Source: a virus
Taxonomy: Duplodnaviria; Caudoviricetes
Virus record (IMG/VR): IMGVR_UViG_3300033175_000001
Span: 13,325-77,324 of that record
Direction: 5' to 3' (one strand)
Length of the DNA stretch: 64,000 nt
Shown: positions 15,750-26,207 of the stretch, one piece after another
How the letters are laid out: each line of letters begins with the position of its first letter
Numbering within the stretch: the stretch's first letter is position 1
Position numbers and translations under genes: made by a program
Notes under the pieces: generated by a model
What the model was told of the DNA's origin: nothing
The model's database searches: none
What the model saw: the letters and a program-made list of their open reading frames with translations, nothing else

Positions 15750-18398
15750 TTATGTTGCCGAAAATGACCAGTTCCTCACCATATCCGGTAAAGAAGTTCT
15801 CAATCTATCTGCTACGGCTCTGCCTACAGCATCAGGATCAGTTGCCCCTCTTGCATCTACATTTACAGATAAAGTCAAGGACTGCGCCACATTCGTTCCG
15901 CCATTAGGGATAATGTGCCCTGCCATACTCGGAATAAAGGATTCCGGCCCGTTCTCCCCAACTGTGTACGCTTTACCTGCATACACCGGCCCGCCTGCAG
16001 CTCTACGAGGCCCAGTTGGACCCTCAGTAGTAACTCGTCCATTAACCCTTATTTCTGAAGGCTGTCTATTCTCCCCAAAAAGGAAATCCCACACCCTACC
16101 AAGCGCACTCTTAATTGCGTTGTATGCTTTTTTAAAAGGTTCAACAATGAAGTTAAATACCCTTGACCCAAACCGTCTTATTGTTTCTATTGTAGAACTT
16201 ACAGAACTTACTATGCCGCTAAAAGCTCTGCCAACAGTTTCGCCGACTCTCCTAAAAGGCGATGAGATAAAATCCCATATCCTCGAAGCCAGGGAACCTA
16301 TACCGTCAATAAGACTTGAAAACGTCCCTTTTATTTTGTTCCAGATTCCTTTGACGAACCCCAAAAGCTTCTCTCCAAGTTTCGTTAAACCTTCCCAGAA
16401 CATTGCTGCAAGCCCAGAAATAAACTGCCATATTGAAGTAAATATACCTACTATTCCTTCCCAAATCTTTCCAAAACCTTCAAGAACCCTATCCCAGTTC
16501 CCTGTAAAAATGCCGGCAACAACATCCCACAATCCTCCGAGGATATCTTTTATACCCTGGATAATTCCCCTGAAATAATCCTCTATCAAATTCCACAGAT
16601 CCCCGAGGCCAATCATACTGAATAGTTTACTCCCAAGCCCAGAAAATATGTCCATGATACCGTCTACTATTTTCGTAAGCCCAGAAAGTACCTTTTCAAA
16701 CCCGCCTTTTATACGGTTCCAATCAAGTGTAAAGATGCCGGCTATTATATCCCACAGCCCGCTAAAATATTCCTTAACTCCGTCGAATATGCTCAACAGC
16801 CCATTCTTGATTGACGTTCCCCATGTTCCAAGCCCATCAAGAAAACCAGCAAATGCGTCCCACGCCCTCTTCACCGCTGCGACAATATCATCCCAATATT
16901 TTACCAGAACTACAATTACAGCTATAAGCGCCACGATAGCGAGAATTACCAAACCGACCGGATTTAAAAGCATAGTTATATTGAATGCGATACCGGCAGC
17001 CGTAGCCAGCTTTAACGCAAATGTAAGCCCTACAAAAATCGCAGTCAGGGCTATCAATAACCCACGCACGATCTTCTCTTTTGTTGAAAGCGTATCCCAA
17101 CCCCTTATAAGAGAAATTATCTGTGCAACTAAAAGGAGAATCCCAACCTTTCCGAGAGCACCCAGAACTCCCTGTAAAGTAATCGAACTTAATATAGCCT
17201 TACCTATTGCCCACACCAGCTTACCACCGATAATTGCTACAAAAGCCAAAAGAATATCCGAGGCATCCACACCAAGAAACTGCAGAAATTTATTTATTGC
17301 TGCATAAAAATCCTCGATCTTTACTTTCAACCAACCGAATACAAGTGAAATATAAAGAGATAGCCTTTCAGAAAAAGTTGCCAGAGCCCGCATCCTTGCA
17401 CCCACGGCATCCACCCTATCCGTCATTGCATTGACCGCCCCGGTCATTTTCGCCTGAACTGATACCATCCAGTTTCCAACTGCCTGGAAAATAGCCCTTA
17501 CCGGAGTAAGCAATGCCCAGACTATATCAAGGAACTGCCCCAGAACAAGCCCAACTACCTTTGCAAAGAATTTTAACTTATCCCCGTTCTGTTCGAGCCA
17601 GGTCTTAAAGTCCTCCATTATCTTCTTGAACTTTCCGTAGAAACCGGCAGAATTTTGAATATCTGCCATGGCAGTTACAAACTGATCTGCCATATCCTCA
17701 ATATTTGATCTTATACCCTGTAATGTTCTGGCAGTTAAAGCCATACCGTTCTGAAATCTTGGCTGAACTGCAATGTTCTGCAATATCTGATTTCTCCATG
17801 CGGCAGTAGATGGAGACAGCCCATCCAGCCCTTTCTTCAGGTCATTAACATTCATATTAAGCCTGCGGGCCAATAAAGTTACTCCCATCATTCCATTACT
17901 TGCAGATCGAAATGCTAAAAGAACTTCCTTAAAATCCTGTGCCGAAGTTACAGTATTTCCAAGAATAGTCATAAGGTTTGTGGCTTGCCCTGACATATTC
18001 TGAAAAGACATCGCCAAAGGATCAACTCCCATCGACCTCATAGCTACTACGCCATCAATAACTCCCTGGACATCAAAAGGCGTCTCTGCAGCGAACTGCA
18101 CAGCCTTTTGATACTCGTCCATTGCCAATTTAGCAGCTGGAACGCCTGTTCTTCCTGATAATTCGGTAAATGCGGAGGTTAGTCGCGCTATCTGTATTTC
18201 AGCAGTCTCACCAGCAGTAACAACACTGCCAAGAGCACTACCGATGCGCTGGCCTATTAAAATACCGGCACCGATCATGCCCAGGGCTCTGCCTGCACTG
18301 GCTAAACGCTCAAGCGACCGTTCAAGTGATGATATACTTCCAAGAGCATCCTGAGTCTGAGCGACAAAGTTAACTCCTACTGTTGTGGTATCGGCCAA
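15750..18398 (-). CDS. tape measure protein
   Basis: 882 aa; FAAETPFDVQGV tape-measure domain, hydrophobic middle, W/F-spaced 11-aa-type repeats. Confidence 0.95.
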   Translation of the reverse strand: MADTTTVGVNFVAQTQDALGSISSLERSLERLASAGRALGMIGAGILIGQRIGSALGSVVTAGETAEIQIARLTSAFTELSGRTGVPAAKLAMDEYQKAVQFAAETPFDVQGVIDGVVAMRSMGVDPLAMSFQNMSGQATNLMTILGNTVTSAQDFKEVLLAFRSASNGMMGVTLLARRLNMNVNDLKKGLDGLSPSTAAWRNQILQNIAVQPRFQNGMALTARTLQGIRSNIEDMADQFVTAMADIQNSAGFYGKFKKIMEDFKTWLEQNGDKLKFFAKVVGLVLGQFLDIVWALLTPVRAIFQAVGNWMVSVQAKMTGAVNAMTDRVDAVGARMRALATFSERLSLYISLVFGWLKVKIEDFYAAINKFLQFLGVDASDILLAFVAIIGGKLVWAIGKAILSSITLQGVLGALGKVGILLLVAQIISLIRGWDTLSTKEKIVRGLLIALTAIFVGLTFALKLATAAGIAFNITMLLNPVGLVILAIVALIAVIVVLVKYWDDIVAAVKRAWDAFAGFLDGLGTWGTSIKNGLLSIFDGVKEYFSGLWDIIAGIFTLDWNRIKGGFEKVLSGLTKIVDGIMDIFSGLGSKLFSMIGLGDLWNLIEDYFRGIIQGIKDILGGLWDVVAGIFTGNWDRVLEGFGKIWEGIVGIFTSIWQFISGLAAMFWEGLTKLGEKLLGFVKGIWNKIKGTFSSLIDGIGSLASRIWDFISSPFRRVGETVGRAFSGIVSSVSSTIETIRRFGSRVFNFIVEPFKKAYNAIKSALGRVWDFLFGENRQPSEIRVNGRVTTEGPTGPRRAAGGPVYAGKAYTVGENGPESFIPSMAGHIIPNGGTNVAQSLTLSVNVDARGATDPDAVGRAVADRLRTSLPDMVRNWSFSAT

Positions 18399-18412
18399 AC
18401 GAGAACCTCCAA

Positions 18413-18727
18413 TTAAGAACCTGGAACCTGAGAACCGGAACTACCTGCCTTATTCCGCTTTTTCTCAGCCCAGTAAATTGCAATCTCAATATACTTTTCT
18501 CGTTGCCAAGGTGCTAACTTCATCAATTCAGCATGAGAGATTCCACCTCTCCACGCTTCAAATAATACTGAATTTTCCCATAAAACCTGCTCCAACGGAT
18601 ACTCAAACAACTTAGCAGATGCAAGTAACGGTCTTTCGTCCCAACTGACAAACGGATAAACAACTCCATCACCCTCCTCAGCGTACTCTAAATAGATCGT
18701 CTGCCGAGGAGTGAGCCGAAAAAATTT
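18413..18727 (-). CDS. tail assembly chaperone C-terminal extension (GT-type, reached by -1 frameshift)
   Basis: The -1 frame is open from the slippery site at 18719-18727 through the annotated 18413..18610 ORF. Confidence 0.7.
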   Translation of the reverse strand, partial: KFFRLTPRQTIYLEYAEEGDGVVYPFVSWDERPLLASAKLFEYPLEQVLWENSVLFEAWRGGISHAELMKLAPWQREKYIEIAIYWAEKKRNKAGSSGSQVPGS

Positions 18728-19644
18728 GTGAAATCAAACACCGTCCTATACTCATATCCGCAATGCGAACACGTTGTTTTATGCTGGCTATAGTCGTACC
18801 CCATAGAATTGAGCTTATTAAGAACTTCCAGATAATCGTTGAAATTAAACGAAAGGAGTCCAATCCCATGCTTTGATTTCAACAACTGAAGTTCGCTGCC
18901 CTTTATCCCATTGATACTGGTAAGGCAATGAAACAGCACACGCTTTTCCCCGCCCTGTGTCGTACTCGTTCCAGCTTTAAGGATATAATCCCCAATTTCA
19001 GGTATCCTGAAAGAAAATTCCGTATATCTTTCGCCTTCAACTACAACGCCATCATCGAAGTGAAAATGCAATACTGGCTCAGATAAATCCCTGACCTCAA
19101 CAAAAGGAATCTCCCTTATATCTTCCATTTCAAGAGAGGATAATTCATCTGCGCTCGCAGTAAGGTCGAACCCATCCGAACCATCAGGCCCACCGGATTC
19201 CCCTATAGGATTTTCAAACTTCGTAAACTGTTTGCATTGAGGGCATTTATAAACAGTCGGTACAAGGGAAGTACCTTTCGTCTTAATGAGAATTTCCATC
19301 ATTAAGAAAAAGGTATCCTGAAAGAACAGCTTTGAAGTCTTCTGCTTCCACCCAGGAAACTCCTCCCCTGTATCGACATCAAAAATCTTAGTTAGTCCCT
19401 TCGCAACCATTCTGCCAAACATCTTATAAGGATTCACTTCCTCATGAAAAGATGTAAGGATATCAGAACTCATTTTCTCAATCTCGTAGCCCCTATACCA
19501 CCTCTTAGTATTGTAATCAAACATACCAAGTGGAAGCTCTGCAGGACCCTCCACGATCTTGTAATTTACTGCCGGCCTGGATAACTCAGGCGACATATCC
19601 TGATCATCGAGGCCGACATCTATGCTATCGCTATCTTTCTTCAT
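18688..19644 (-). CDS. tail assembly chaperone / baseplate hub assembly protein (gp26-like, Zn ribbons)
   Basis: Between tube and tape measure genes; CPQC and CSHCG, ends FDFTNFF. Confidence 0.75.
   Translation of the reverse strand: MKKDSDSIDVGLDDQDMSPELSRPAVNYKIVEGPAELPLGMFDYNTKRWYRGYEIEKMSSDILTSFHEEVNPYKMFGRMVAKGLTKIFDVDTGEEFPGWKQKTSKLFFQDTFFLMMEILIKTKGTSLVPTVYKCPQCKQFTKFENPIGESGGPDGSDGFDLTASADELSSLEMEDIREIPFVEVRDLSEPVLHFHFDDGVVVEGERYTEFSFRIPEIGDYILKAGTSTTQGGEKRVLFHCLTSINGIKGSELQLLKSKHGIGLLSFNFNDYLEVLNKLNSMGYDYSQHKTTCSHCGYEYRTVFDFTNFFGSLLGRRSI
18719..18727 (-). promoter_or_regulatory. programmed -1 ribosomal frameshift slippery site A AAT TTT TTC
   Basis: Minus strand reads ACA AAT TTT TTC GGC; the -1 frame CAC AAA TTT TTT CGG continues without a stop into the downstream ORF. 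Confidence 0.7.
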
Positions 19645-19654
19645 GGTTTACCCC

Positions 19655-20125
19655 TTAACTCGTATATATTTGCCCAGCAGAGGCAATCGAATGCTGAATA
19701 TCGTAAGGAAGGAAAGTCATCTCCATAACACCGACCTTCGGAGAAGCATAGTCCTGATCCTCACCCTTAAACGCTGAAAATTCGCAGTCAACATAAGTCC
19801 ACCGCATAATTTCAGTCTTACGGTCTCTTTCAAGCCAGACCACCGTAATAGTTCTGTTATCTCCTTCCCGAGCAGTCCACCAATCAGAAAAATACTTATG
19901 TGTACCTCCCTCAGCGGTGGATGATTTAAGAAGACGATACTTCATAGTGACCGCAGGAATTTTCCTACGCCCATCAGCAATCGAAGCTATCCTATCATCT
20001 TCAGGAACCTCGATCTGCCCTTCTTCACCGAGAGTAAATCCAGTGCAGGCTATTATGTCGGATATCCTGCGGCCTTCAATCTCAACAGCGAAATTTATAA
20101 GTAAAGCATTAACTCGACTTGGCAT
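19655..20125 (-). CDS. tail tube protein (T4 gp19-like)
   Basis: 156 aa after the sheath; YFSDWW...RTITVVWLERD...MRWTYVDC. Confidence 0.85.
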   Translation of the reverse strand: MPSRVNALLINFAVEIEGRRISDIIACTGFTLGEEGQIEVPEDDRIASIADGRRKIPAVTMKYRLLKSSTAEGGTHKYFSDWWTAREGDNRTITVVWLERDRKTEIMRWTYVDCEFSAFKGEDQDYASPKVGVMEMTFLPYDIQHSIASAGQIYTS

Positions 20126-20136
20126 CTTATTCCTCC

Positions 20137-22263
20137 TTATGCAGCCGCACTTTTAATTTGCAGCGATATTCCGACACCTATCTCAATCGACTCAGCAGGC
20201 GGCGGAGGAGTAAAATAAAGATGCACATTTACATTACCCGCTAAAACGTCTTCCTTAGTGTTGTTGGAAGCATCACAGATAATGGTCACAACATCTTCAA
20301 ACTTCCCGCCAGTCATGCGAAGAAACGCAGACTTCTTTCCTGTTCGCGCGCTGGTGCCGTTATAATCAACCAGCATATAACTTCTCACAGCATTAAACAG
20401 CTTAGTAAGAAGAGCTTCCCCAGTTTCCTCGTTCTCAATTTCCTGAAAAGACTGCTGGAAAGTCACCTTGTAATAAAGACGCATGAATATCTGATTGTAC
20501 CATTTATACGCTTTATTCGTGGAGCCCATCCTGCCATTTCTCAGGCAAATACCAGAACCAGGAACGAACTGAATAAGGTTAATACCAAGATCAGCCAGTT
20601 TTGTTCTTTTTACATCATCAAGTACCTGATCTCCCCAGATTCCAAGCACACCACGCAGACTTTCCTGAACGCCTGCAGGAACCCTCTGGTAACCATGTTT
20701 TGAAATCCAGTAAATCACAGAACCCATGATGAAACCAACATTGGGAACATAAATAGTAGGCTCTACACCGACCCCGATAGGATCAGAAATCTCAAGCCAA
20801 CCATTATTATTCATGCGGTACGAATCATTGCTGACAACATACTGCTGCCCAGTAATGAGAAGCTCCGCATAAGTCTGATTCCCCTGGAGGTTTGAATACC
20901 AGATACAGTCACCCCGACCTTTACAGTACGCCTCACCGTAATCATTCACGGTTTTGGTAATACTTTCAGGATTACAGAGATGGCGAATATCCTTAACATC
21001 AAATTCCGCCAAAAGGGTATTCCAATCAGAATTCCCCGGAAGAGTACCATCAACTCCGCCCTGGTCAAGAGCGACCGGTAAAGCCACCTCCACAGGAAGA
21101 AGATTGAAGTGATCCACAGTAACCGGTGCGCTTTGATCCTCACCAAGCAACTGCATTGACCCGGAATACTGATTATTCAGGACACGTTCAACATAAGTCG
21201 AAACGAGAGGACTCATAGAAAGGAAAGTCCAATTCTCCTGAAGCTCAATAACTCCTACCGAATTCTTCCTGTAAATTGCCAGGTCGAAATTCAGCGTTTT
21301 CACAGAGGAAGACTCTTCGCCTGGAACTGCTGTTTCAGGAGTTCCAAGAACATCCGTCAACCCGGCAAACAGGTCTGTATCCGAAATTGATACTGTTGAA
21401 GTGAGTCCAGTAGTAGCTGAAAGAACCTTAATAAAGCCGTTCCCTACAGCATCGAAGGACACAACTCCCGCCGCTCCGACATCAGCCTGAATCTCATCGA
21501 TTATCTGCTGAATAGTTTCAGAACCTGCAGCCGTCACCGATACAGGTATTGCCACGCCGTCAATCGTGATTGTAGCTGTATAAGTCCCCGCAGCCAGGCC
21601 AGCAAGAGAGGCCGCAGTCTTCGCCACAGAAAACCCCCATCTCTGAAAACCAGCCTGGGGAGTAACTGCAAAACTCTTTGTAAGGGCTGATACAGTAAGC
21701 GAATTTTCTGACTCGTCTTTACTGATAATTTCCTTGGTCTCAAACTCAGCACCATTATTTATAATGATGTGGTCCCCAACCTCAAAATTTACCGCTCCGT
21801 TGACGTACAGCTTAACTGCCCCGATATCCGCAGCCGCAACCAGCGTATCCTCAACACGATTACTGTGAAGAACCGTATAGAGAACTTTCTTTCCATGTGA
21901 CCCTTTATCAAGGGCTCCCAGAAAAGCCGCCGACAGCTTCAGAGAATCTACAGAGTCGCCGTTTTGAAGCATAGCGTAAGCTGCAGACGCATCTGCCGGT
22001 ACATACCTTCGACAGAAAAGCGTACCATCTACCCCCTGAAGATTCTGAAAGAAACCTTCAGCCTCATATTTACCGTAAAAACCTTTGACGTACCCGCCAA
22101 AAATCTTTGCCCACTCAGGAGCACTCGTTACTTCCTTAACTTCAGCCGGGCCACGCTCAGAGAGGAAAACCATCCCCGCTGTATTTATCGCAGCATCTCC
22201 AGCCACAGCCGGAACAAGCGCCGGTAAATCTTTTCCATGAACACCCAATTTTCTTGAGGCCAT
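20137..22263 (-). CDS. contractile tail sheath protein
   Basis: ERGP, FFQN.G...LFCRR, VPNVGFIMG, VPAG, GINLIQF, C-terminal PPPPAESI. Confidence 0.95.
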   Translation of the reverse strand: MASRKLGVHGKDLPALVPAVAGDAAINTAGMVFLSERGPAEVKEVTSAPEWAKIFGGYVKGFYGKYEAEGFFQNLQGVDGTLFCRRYVPADASAAYAMLQNGDSVDSLKLSAAFLGALDKGSHGKKVLYTVLHSNRVEDTLVAAADIGAVKLYVNGAVNFEVGDHIIINNGAEFETKEIISKDESENSLTVSALTKSFAVTPQAGFQRWGFSVAKTAASLAGLAAGTYTATITIDGVAIPVSVTAAGSETIQQIIDEIQADVGAAGVVSFDAVGNGFIKVLSATTGLTSTVSISDTDLFAGLTDVLGTPETAVPGEESSSVKTLNFDLAIYRKNSVGVIELQENWTFLSMSPLVSTYVERVLNNQYSGSMQLLGEDQSAPVTVDHFNLLPVEVALPVALDQGGVDGTLPGNSDWNTLLAEFDVKDIRHLCNPESITKTVNDYGEAYCKGRGDCIWYSNLQGNQTYAELLITGQQYVVSNDSYRMNNNGWLEISDPIGVGVEPTIYVPNVGFIMGSVIYWISKHGYQRVPAGVQESLRGVLGIWGDQVLDDVKRTKLADLGINLIQFVPGSGICLRNGRMGSTNKAYKWYNQIFMRLYYKVTFQQSFQEIENEETGEALLTKLFNAVRSYMLVDYNGTSARTGKKSAFLRMTGGKFEDVVTIICDASNNTKEDVLAGNVNVHLYFTPPPPAESIEIGVGISLQIKSAAA

Positions 22264-22553
22264 TATTTAACCTCCTTAAACTCATTTATTCGCCGCTTAA
22301 ATGCCGCGTCACCACATTCATCCAGACGAAGCTCCTGAACACCAAAAGGCTGCCAGGTTACCGTTCTACCCTTGAAGCCTATGGAAATCGGAGAACCGCC
22401 CAAATTCCTAAATTTCTTTACGCCAGCTTTCGCTGAACTTTTAACATCCTTCTTTTTAGGAGAGAAGAATGTATTACTCGGCTTCCCTACGTCAGCCTTT
22501 TTAACATCCAGTTGCTCGTCCATATTCAACTCCTTATAAAGTATAAACACCAA
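22263..22553 (-). CDS. hypothetical protein (tail region)
   Basis: Tightly packed ORF overlapping its neighbours. Confidence 0.6.
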   Translation of the reverse strand: MVFILYKELNMDEQLDVKKADVGKPSNTFFSPKKKDVKSSAKAGVKKFRNLGGSPISIGFKGRTVTWQPFGVQELRLDECGDAAFKRRINEFKEVK

Positions 22554-23748
22554 AATTCAAGTTATAAACTGGGATATCCACATAAGAAATTTGAGCACTC
22601 AGAACATCAATTATATTCACGCTATAAAAATGAACTGAATACGGGATATCTCCTTCCAGATCCCCGGGATCATACTTAGGCGTATCCTCATACATTAAAT
22701 CATGCTTTATCCCATTTATCAACAACACTCCCGTATCGCTGAATAAATGCTGTATATAATTATTGATACTTACCATCAATTCCGGTAAAGAACATTGCAC
22801 TTCAATCTGTACCGGCAACTTTAAATCCCTGCGAGGCTGAATTAACCTGAATCGTTTTGTGTCTACCCTATAAGAATCACGTACAGTGTCAACCTGCGCC
22901 ATCATATCTGTTACCGGAATAAATCCTGCAATGTAAATCCCAGGTATAACTATCGGGGCAAATTTTCCAGCAATCAAAGCCGGAACCACTAAAGAGATAG
23001 TGGCAGCAGTCGTAAAATCATTCAGTAACGCCTTACCACCAAAATATGACTCGTCCTCAAACTGCACTACTCCATTGCTTACTTCCCCTGAAACGATATG
23101 CTTTTCGGAAATATCTCCTTCCGATATCTGAATAACAGAGTACCGGGACACATTTGCCCAATCCGGTAATTCTAATGATTCACTGCCTGCCGTCAAAGCT
23201 GTTAACGGATTGCCCAACGGATTAGAAATTTTACAGTCTAATTCTTTCTGTATAGCCAAAAGACTATCTATTACAAACTCGTCATTACACACAATAAAAT
23301 GATCAAGCCACCAAACCTCATAATCATCATCAAGTATCGTAAACCTGATAGTATCGAATGAGGCTGCACCAGGCAACTCAATATTCACTGATTCGAGTGT
23401 CTGTTTCCCAAAAACCGGAATAAACCATTCACCTATGGACGTAAAAACTCCGGCAACCGTATCTCCTATCGCCACCTTCATCTTAAACTCAGAAAATTGA
23501 TTCCTTGAATAAGATGATTTTGACCGATATTTAGAAACAGCTATCCGAAGATTTTCAAACTCTGATATATCAATAGGGGAAGCGTACTGCTTTTCGAAAT
23601 AATGCCCTGCCGCACCTTCAACGCTTATTTTTAAACTCTGATTACCAGATAAAATATGCGATGAAAATTTATTTGATTCCAATGCGATAGATGCATCACT
23701 CGCTACCCACCCTGATATATCTGAAAAATCATCAAATATCAATTCCAT
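22534..23748 (-). CDS. neck/tail completion protein with N-terminal accessory domain
   Basis: 404 aa just upstream of the sheath; function inferred from position only. Confidence 0.5.
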   Translation of the reverse strand: MELIFDDFSDISGWVASDASIALESNKFSSHILSGNQSLKISVEGAAGHYFEKQYASPIDISEFENLRIAVSKYRSKSSYSRNQFSEFKMKVAIGDTVAGVFTSIGEWFIPVFGKQTLESVNIELPGAASFDTIRFTILDDDYEVWWLDHFIVCNDEFVIDSLLAIQKELDCKISNPLGNPLTALTAGSESLELPDWANVSRYSVIQISEGDISEKHIVSGEVSNGVVQFEDESYFGGKALLNDFTTAATISLVVPALIAGKFAPIVIPGIYIAGFIPVTDMMAQVDTVRDSYRVDTKRFRLIQPRRDLKLPVQIEVQCSLPELMVSINNYIQHLFSDTGVLLINGIKHDLMYEDTPKYDPGDLEGDIPYSVHFYSVNIIDVLSAQISYVDIPVYNLNFGVYTL

Positions 23749-24266
23749 AAAGCTCTGAATCTATTCCTCAATATTTTAGCCACTTTAAAATGGCTATCCT
23801 TTGGTTTAAACGTCCTTACTGCCGCCTCTATAGGATTCCTTGCCGGAACAACGGTTTCGCCTCTGTTAAATCCACTTGCCTGAATAACTGCTAATTTCAT
23901 TACAGTCAATCCGCCATGGTGCGATCTCAGTGACGGCTGAACCCTGATTCCTTTATCAGTCTCCACCATTTCAATATTTGAAATATATGATGTCGGACTG
24001 TCAAGACCCTCCCCATACATAGGCACAGAAGGATATTTTAACCCCATCTTGCGTTTCTGATTGATGGTAGTTGCTCTCAATGGAATAAGCCCAAGATTAT
24101 TCTTACGCAGCTCTTTTCTTAAATGAGCCAAAAAATCCTGGGCAATTACCTTCTCAACTTCAGGCTTTGTTATCTTTAACACATTGCGAACTCTCGGCCC
24201 AATAAGAGTTAAAGGTACTCCTGAAAAGTTTACCGATAATTTTGGATTTATATCTACTCCACTCAT
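23739..24266 (-). CDS. tail completion / virion morphogenesis protein
   Basis: PLRATTINQK, IQASG...VPARNP pattern of HK97 gp10/Mu gpG-like proteins. Confidence 0.6.
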   Translation of the reverse strand: MSGVDINPKLSVNFSGVPLTLIGPRVRNVLKITKPEVEKVIAQDFLAHLRKELRKNNLGLIPLRATTINQKRKMGLKYPSVPMYGEGLDSPTSYISNIEMVETDKGIRVQPSLRSHHGGLTVMKLAVIQASGFNRGETVVPARNPIEAAVRTFKPKDSHFKVAKILRNRFRALWN

Positions 24267-24694
24267 TACATTACCACCAAACCAATCGCCAGATAAACGT
24301 ACTCATTATTCACCTGACCAACGCCCCGTACTTCCTTAATTTTAAACTCCTGAGTCCTGCGATAATCTGTATCCACAATAAATCTTGAATTCATTCTATC
24401 AAAAGTCTCAGGCAAATTCGATGTCGCCAAAGTCATAAGGGCATCTACTCTTTCCTGAATACCCACACGCTTTAACATCTCTTCCGACGGAGAAAATACA
24501 ATCGACCCGCCATTTATACTTTCAGGCTCGGAAACCCTTTCAATCTTTTTCGTCCCTCCAAGTCTGTCCCTCACTATTTCAGAAACAGGCGGTGCGAGGT
24601 GCATAATCTTTGCTCCGAGCAATTCCTCACTTTCAGAGAGAAGCCCCTTATAGTCCTCAAGCAATTCGCTTAATGTAGCTTCTCCAAAACTCAC
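24266..24694 (-). CDS. head closure protein
   Basis: Position in the neck cluster, size, beta-rich C-terminus. Confidence 0.5.
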   Translation of the reverse strand: MSFGEATLSELLEDYKGLLSESEELLGAKIMHLAPPVSEIVRDRLGGTKKIERVSEPESINGGSIVFSPSEEMLKRVGIQERVDALMTLATSNLPETFDRMNSRFIVDTDYRRTQEFKIKEVRGVGQVNNEYVYLAIGLVVM

Positions 24695-25392
24695 TTTCGC
24701 CTCTCCTCATCGAAACATTCAGAACGATCATAGATCATACTGCTGACATTAACATTAAGAAATCCATCTGCGGAGTCGTCATCAACTTCCTGTGTACCCT
24801 TTCTCGTAAGCGAACTCATTATCTTATCGTAATAATCTTCCAGCTTCTGCGCCACTTCCAAATAATGTGTATATAACGCATCTTTTGAAAGTGCTGCCCC
24901 TCCAGGTATCTCCAACCGAACATACCGGGCATAGTCATAAGCTAATACATAGCATGTATCTATCCTTACCAGAATAGTGATGATCGGCCAAATATTTTCT
25001 GGAACTTCAGACAGATTACGAATTTTATTGAATCGTAAAGCTGCCAGACGAATCTTCTCGATAAGTTCTTCATCCCTAAAAGCCGGGTCTGTTTCATTGG
25101 TATCCTTCAACTCCTGCCGGATATACTGAAGACGATCTTGGGCAACTTCCGCTAAAACCGGAACATCGCTCTCAAGAATAGTCGCCCCTACTCCGTCAAG
25201 TATTGCCAACTTGAACCAGCTAAAAGGATCAACAGCAAGAGTGGACGAAACGTAGTCCACTCCCGCCTTGATCTCAACTGTATCGATTAAAGTTCCGTCA
25301 TCATCAGGAGACTCACATTCATAAATCTCTACAGATTTATAATCGTAGCCCTCTAAAGATTCCAGATCAATGTAAACTCGTATCTTCGCCAT
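24691..25392 (-). CDS. head-tail adaptor/connector
   Basis: YIRQELKDTNETDPAFRDEEL helical adaptor pattern. Confidence 0.65.
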   Translation of the reverse strand: MAKIRVYIDLESLEGYDYKSVEIYECESPDDDGTLIDTVEIKAGVDYVSSTLAVDPFSWFKLAILDGVGATILESDVPVLAEVAQDRLQYIRQELKDTNETDPAFRDEELIEKIRLAALRFNKIRNLSEVPENIWPIITILVRIDTCYVLAYDYARYVRLEIPGGAALSKDALYTHYLEVAQKLEDYYDKIMSSLTRKGTQEVDDDSADGFLNVNVSSMIYDRSECFDEERRK

Positions 25393-25397
25393 GCAAC

Positions 25398-25622
25398 CTA
25401 CTTTTTGAGCTTCATGCCGTTACTAAAAGACTTTACCCGCCTTATAGCATCCATAAATTCCAGCGGCTCGACACTCAACTTCTTATTGATAAGGTCAATC
25501 TGAAGTTTATCAGCCTTTCCCTCATCGCCGTCGAACTGCCAGTATTTATTATCGTAAGCATTCATCTCAAAACCGTTAAGATAAAAGATTGCCGCTTCAG
25601 CGATCTCTTTTGTTCTTATCAT
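25398..25622 (-). CDS. hypothetical protein (DUF5659-like)
   Basis: TKEIAEAAIFYLNGF start; 74 aa. Confidence 0.5.
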   Translation of the reverse strand: MIRTKEIAEAAIFYLNGFEMNAYDNKYWQFDGDEGKADKLQIDLINKKLSVEPLEFMDAIRRVKSFSNGMKLKK

Positions 25623-25626
25623 GCAT

Positions 25627-25899
25627 TTAACCTAAATCCCCTCTCGCTTTCAGCGCATCTCGAACAGCTTTGGGAACTTTATGCTTGCCGACCTTCAGAT
25701 CATACCAGGCGCCACCAAACTTAAACGCTCCGACATAAACCTTTATCTCGACAGTTACCAGGCCGTCCTTATCCGCCTTAATATCGATTGGTTCTGATTT
25801 CTTCGATGCAGTTGTATCAACAGAAGCCTTCTCCTCTTTTACAGGGGCAGCTTCCTGCTCTGTTCCAACTTTTTCTTCTTCTTTCTTACCGAACATCAT
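25627..25899 (-). CDS. hypothetical virion-region protein
   Basis: RBS AGGAGGAG; commonly seen downstream of capsid genes. Confidence 0.6.
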   Translation of the reverse strand: MMFGKKEEEKVGTEQEAAPVKEEKASVDTTASKKSEPIDIKADKDGLVTVEIKVYVGAFKFGGAWYDLKVGKHKVPKAVRDALKARGDLG

Positions 25900-25906
25900 T
25901 CTCCTC

Positions 25907-26191
25907 CTATGAAGTAGGTACAGTTACAGTAACAGCTACCGCAACCGGAGTAGCGTTCAGTGCCTTGATAACAGTAGTGTCCTTATCGGTAAAGATTATC
26001 TGATAATCTGCCGTATAAGTCACATCCACTTTATCACTCGCCCGTATGATTTTAACCGCACGGGCACCCAGGTTATCTTCCGCATGATTAACCGTAAGCT
26101 CATCATTCTGAGCCCAGGATGAAATGGCAGCCTTATGCACTGCCATTGTTTTGGAAGTAACCCCGTCATTATAAGTAGCAGTTATAGCCAT
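25907..26191 (-). CDS. putative head decoration protein
   Basis: 94 aa, beta-rich, immediately downstream of the capsid gene. Confidence 0.45.
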   Translation of the reverse strand: MAITATYNDGVTSKTMAVHKAAISSWAQNDELTVNHAEDNLGARAVKIIRASDKVDVTYTADYQIIFTDKDTTVIKALNATPVAVAVTVTVPTS

Positions 26192-26207
26192 GGTTTACCT
26201 CCTATCC

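Noticed and set aside
15913-17307. Long plus-strand ORFs 15913..16578 and 16648..17307
   Set aside because: They lie antisense to the tape measure gene and have no recognisable motifs. All other plus-strand ORFs in the track were rejected for the same reason.
9575-22263. Bacterial T6SS or extracellular contractile injection system
   Set aside because: Portal, terminase, scaffold, capsid and neck genes are present, so this is a true phage tail.
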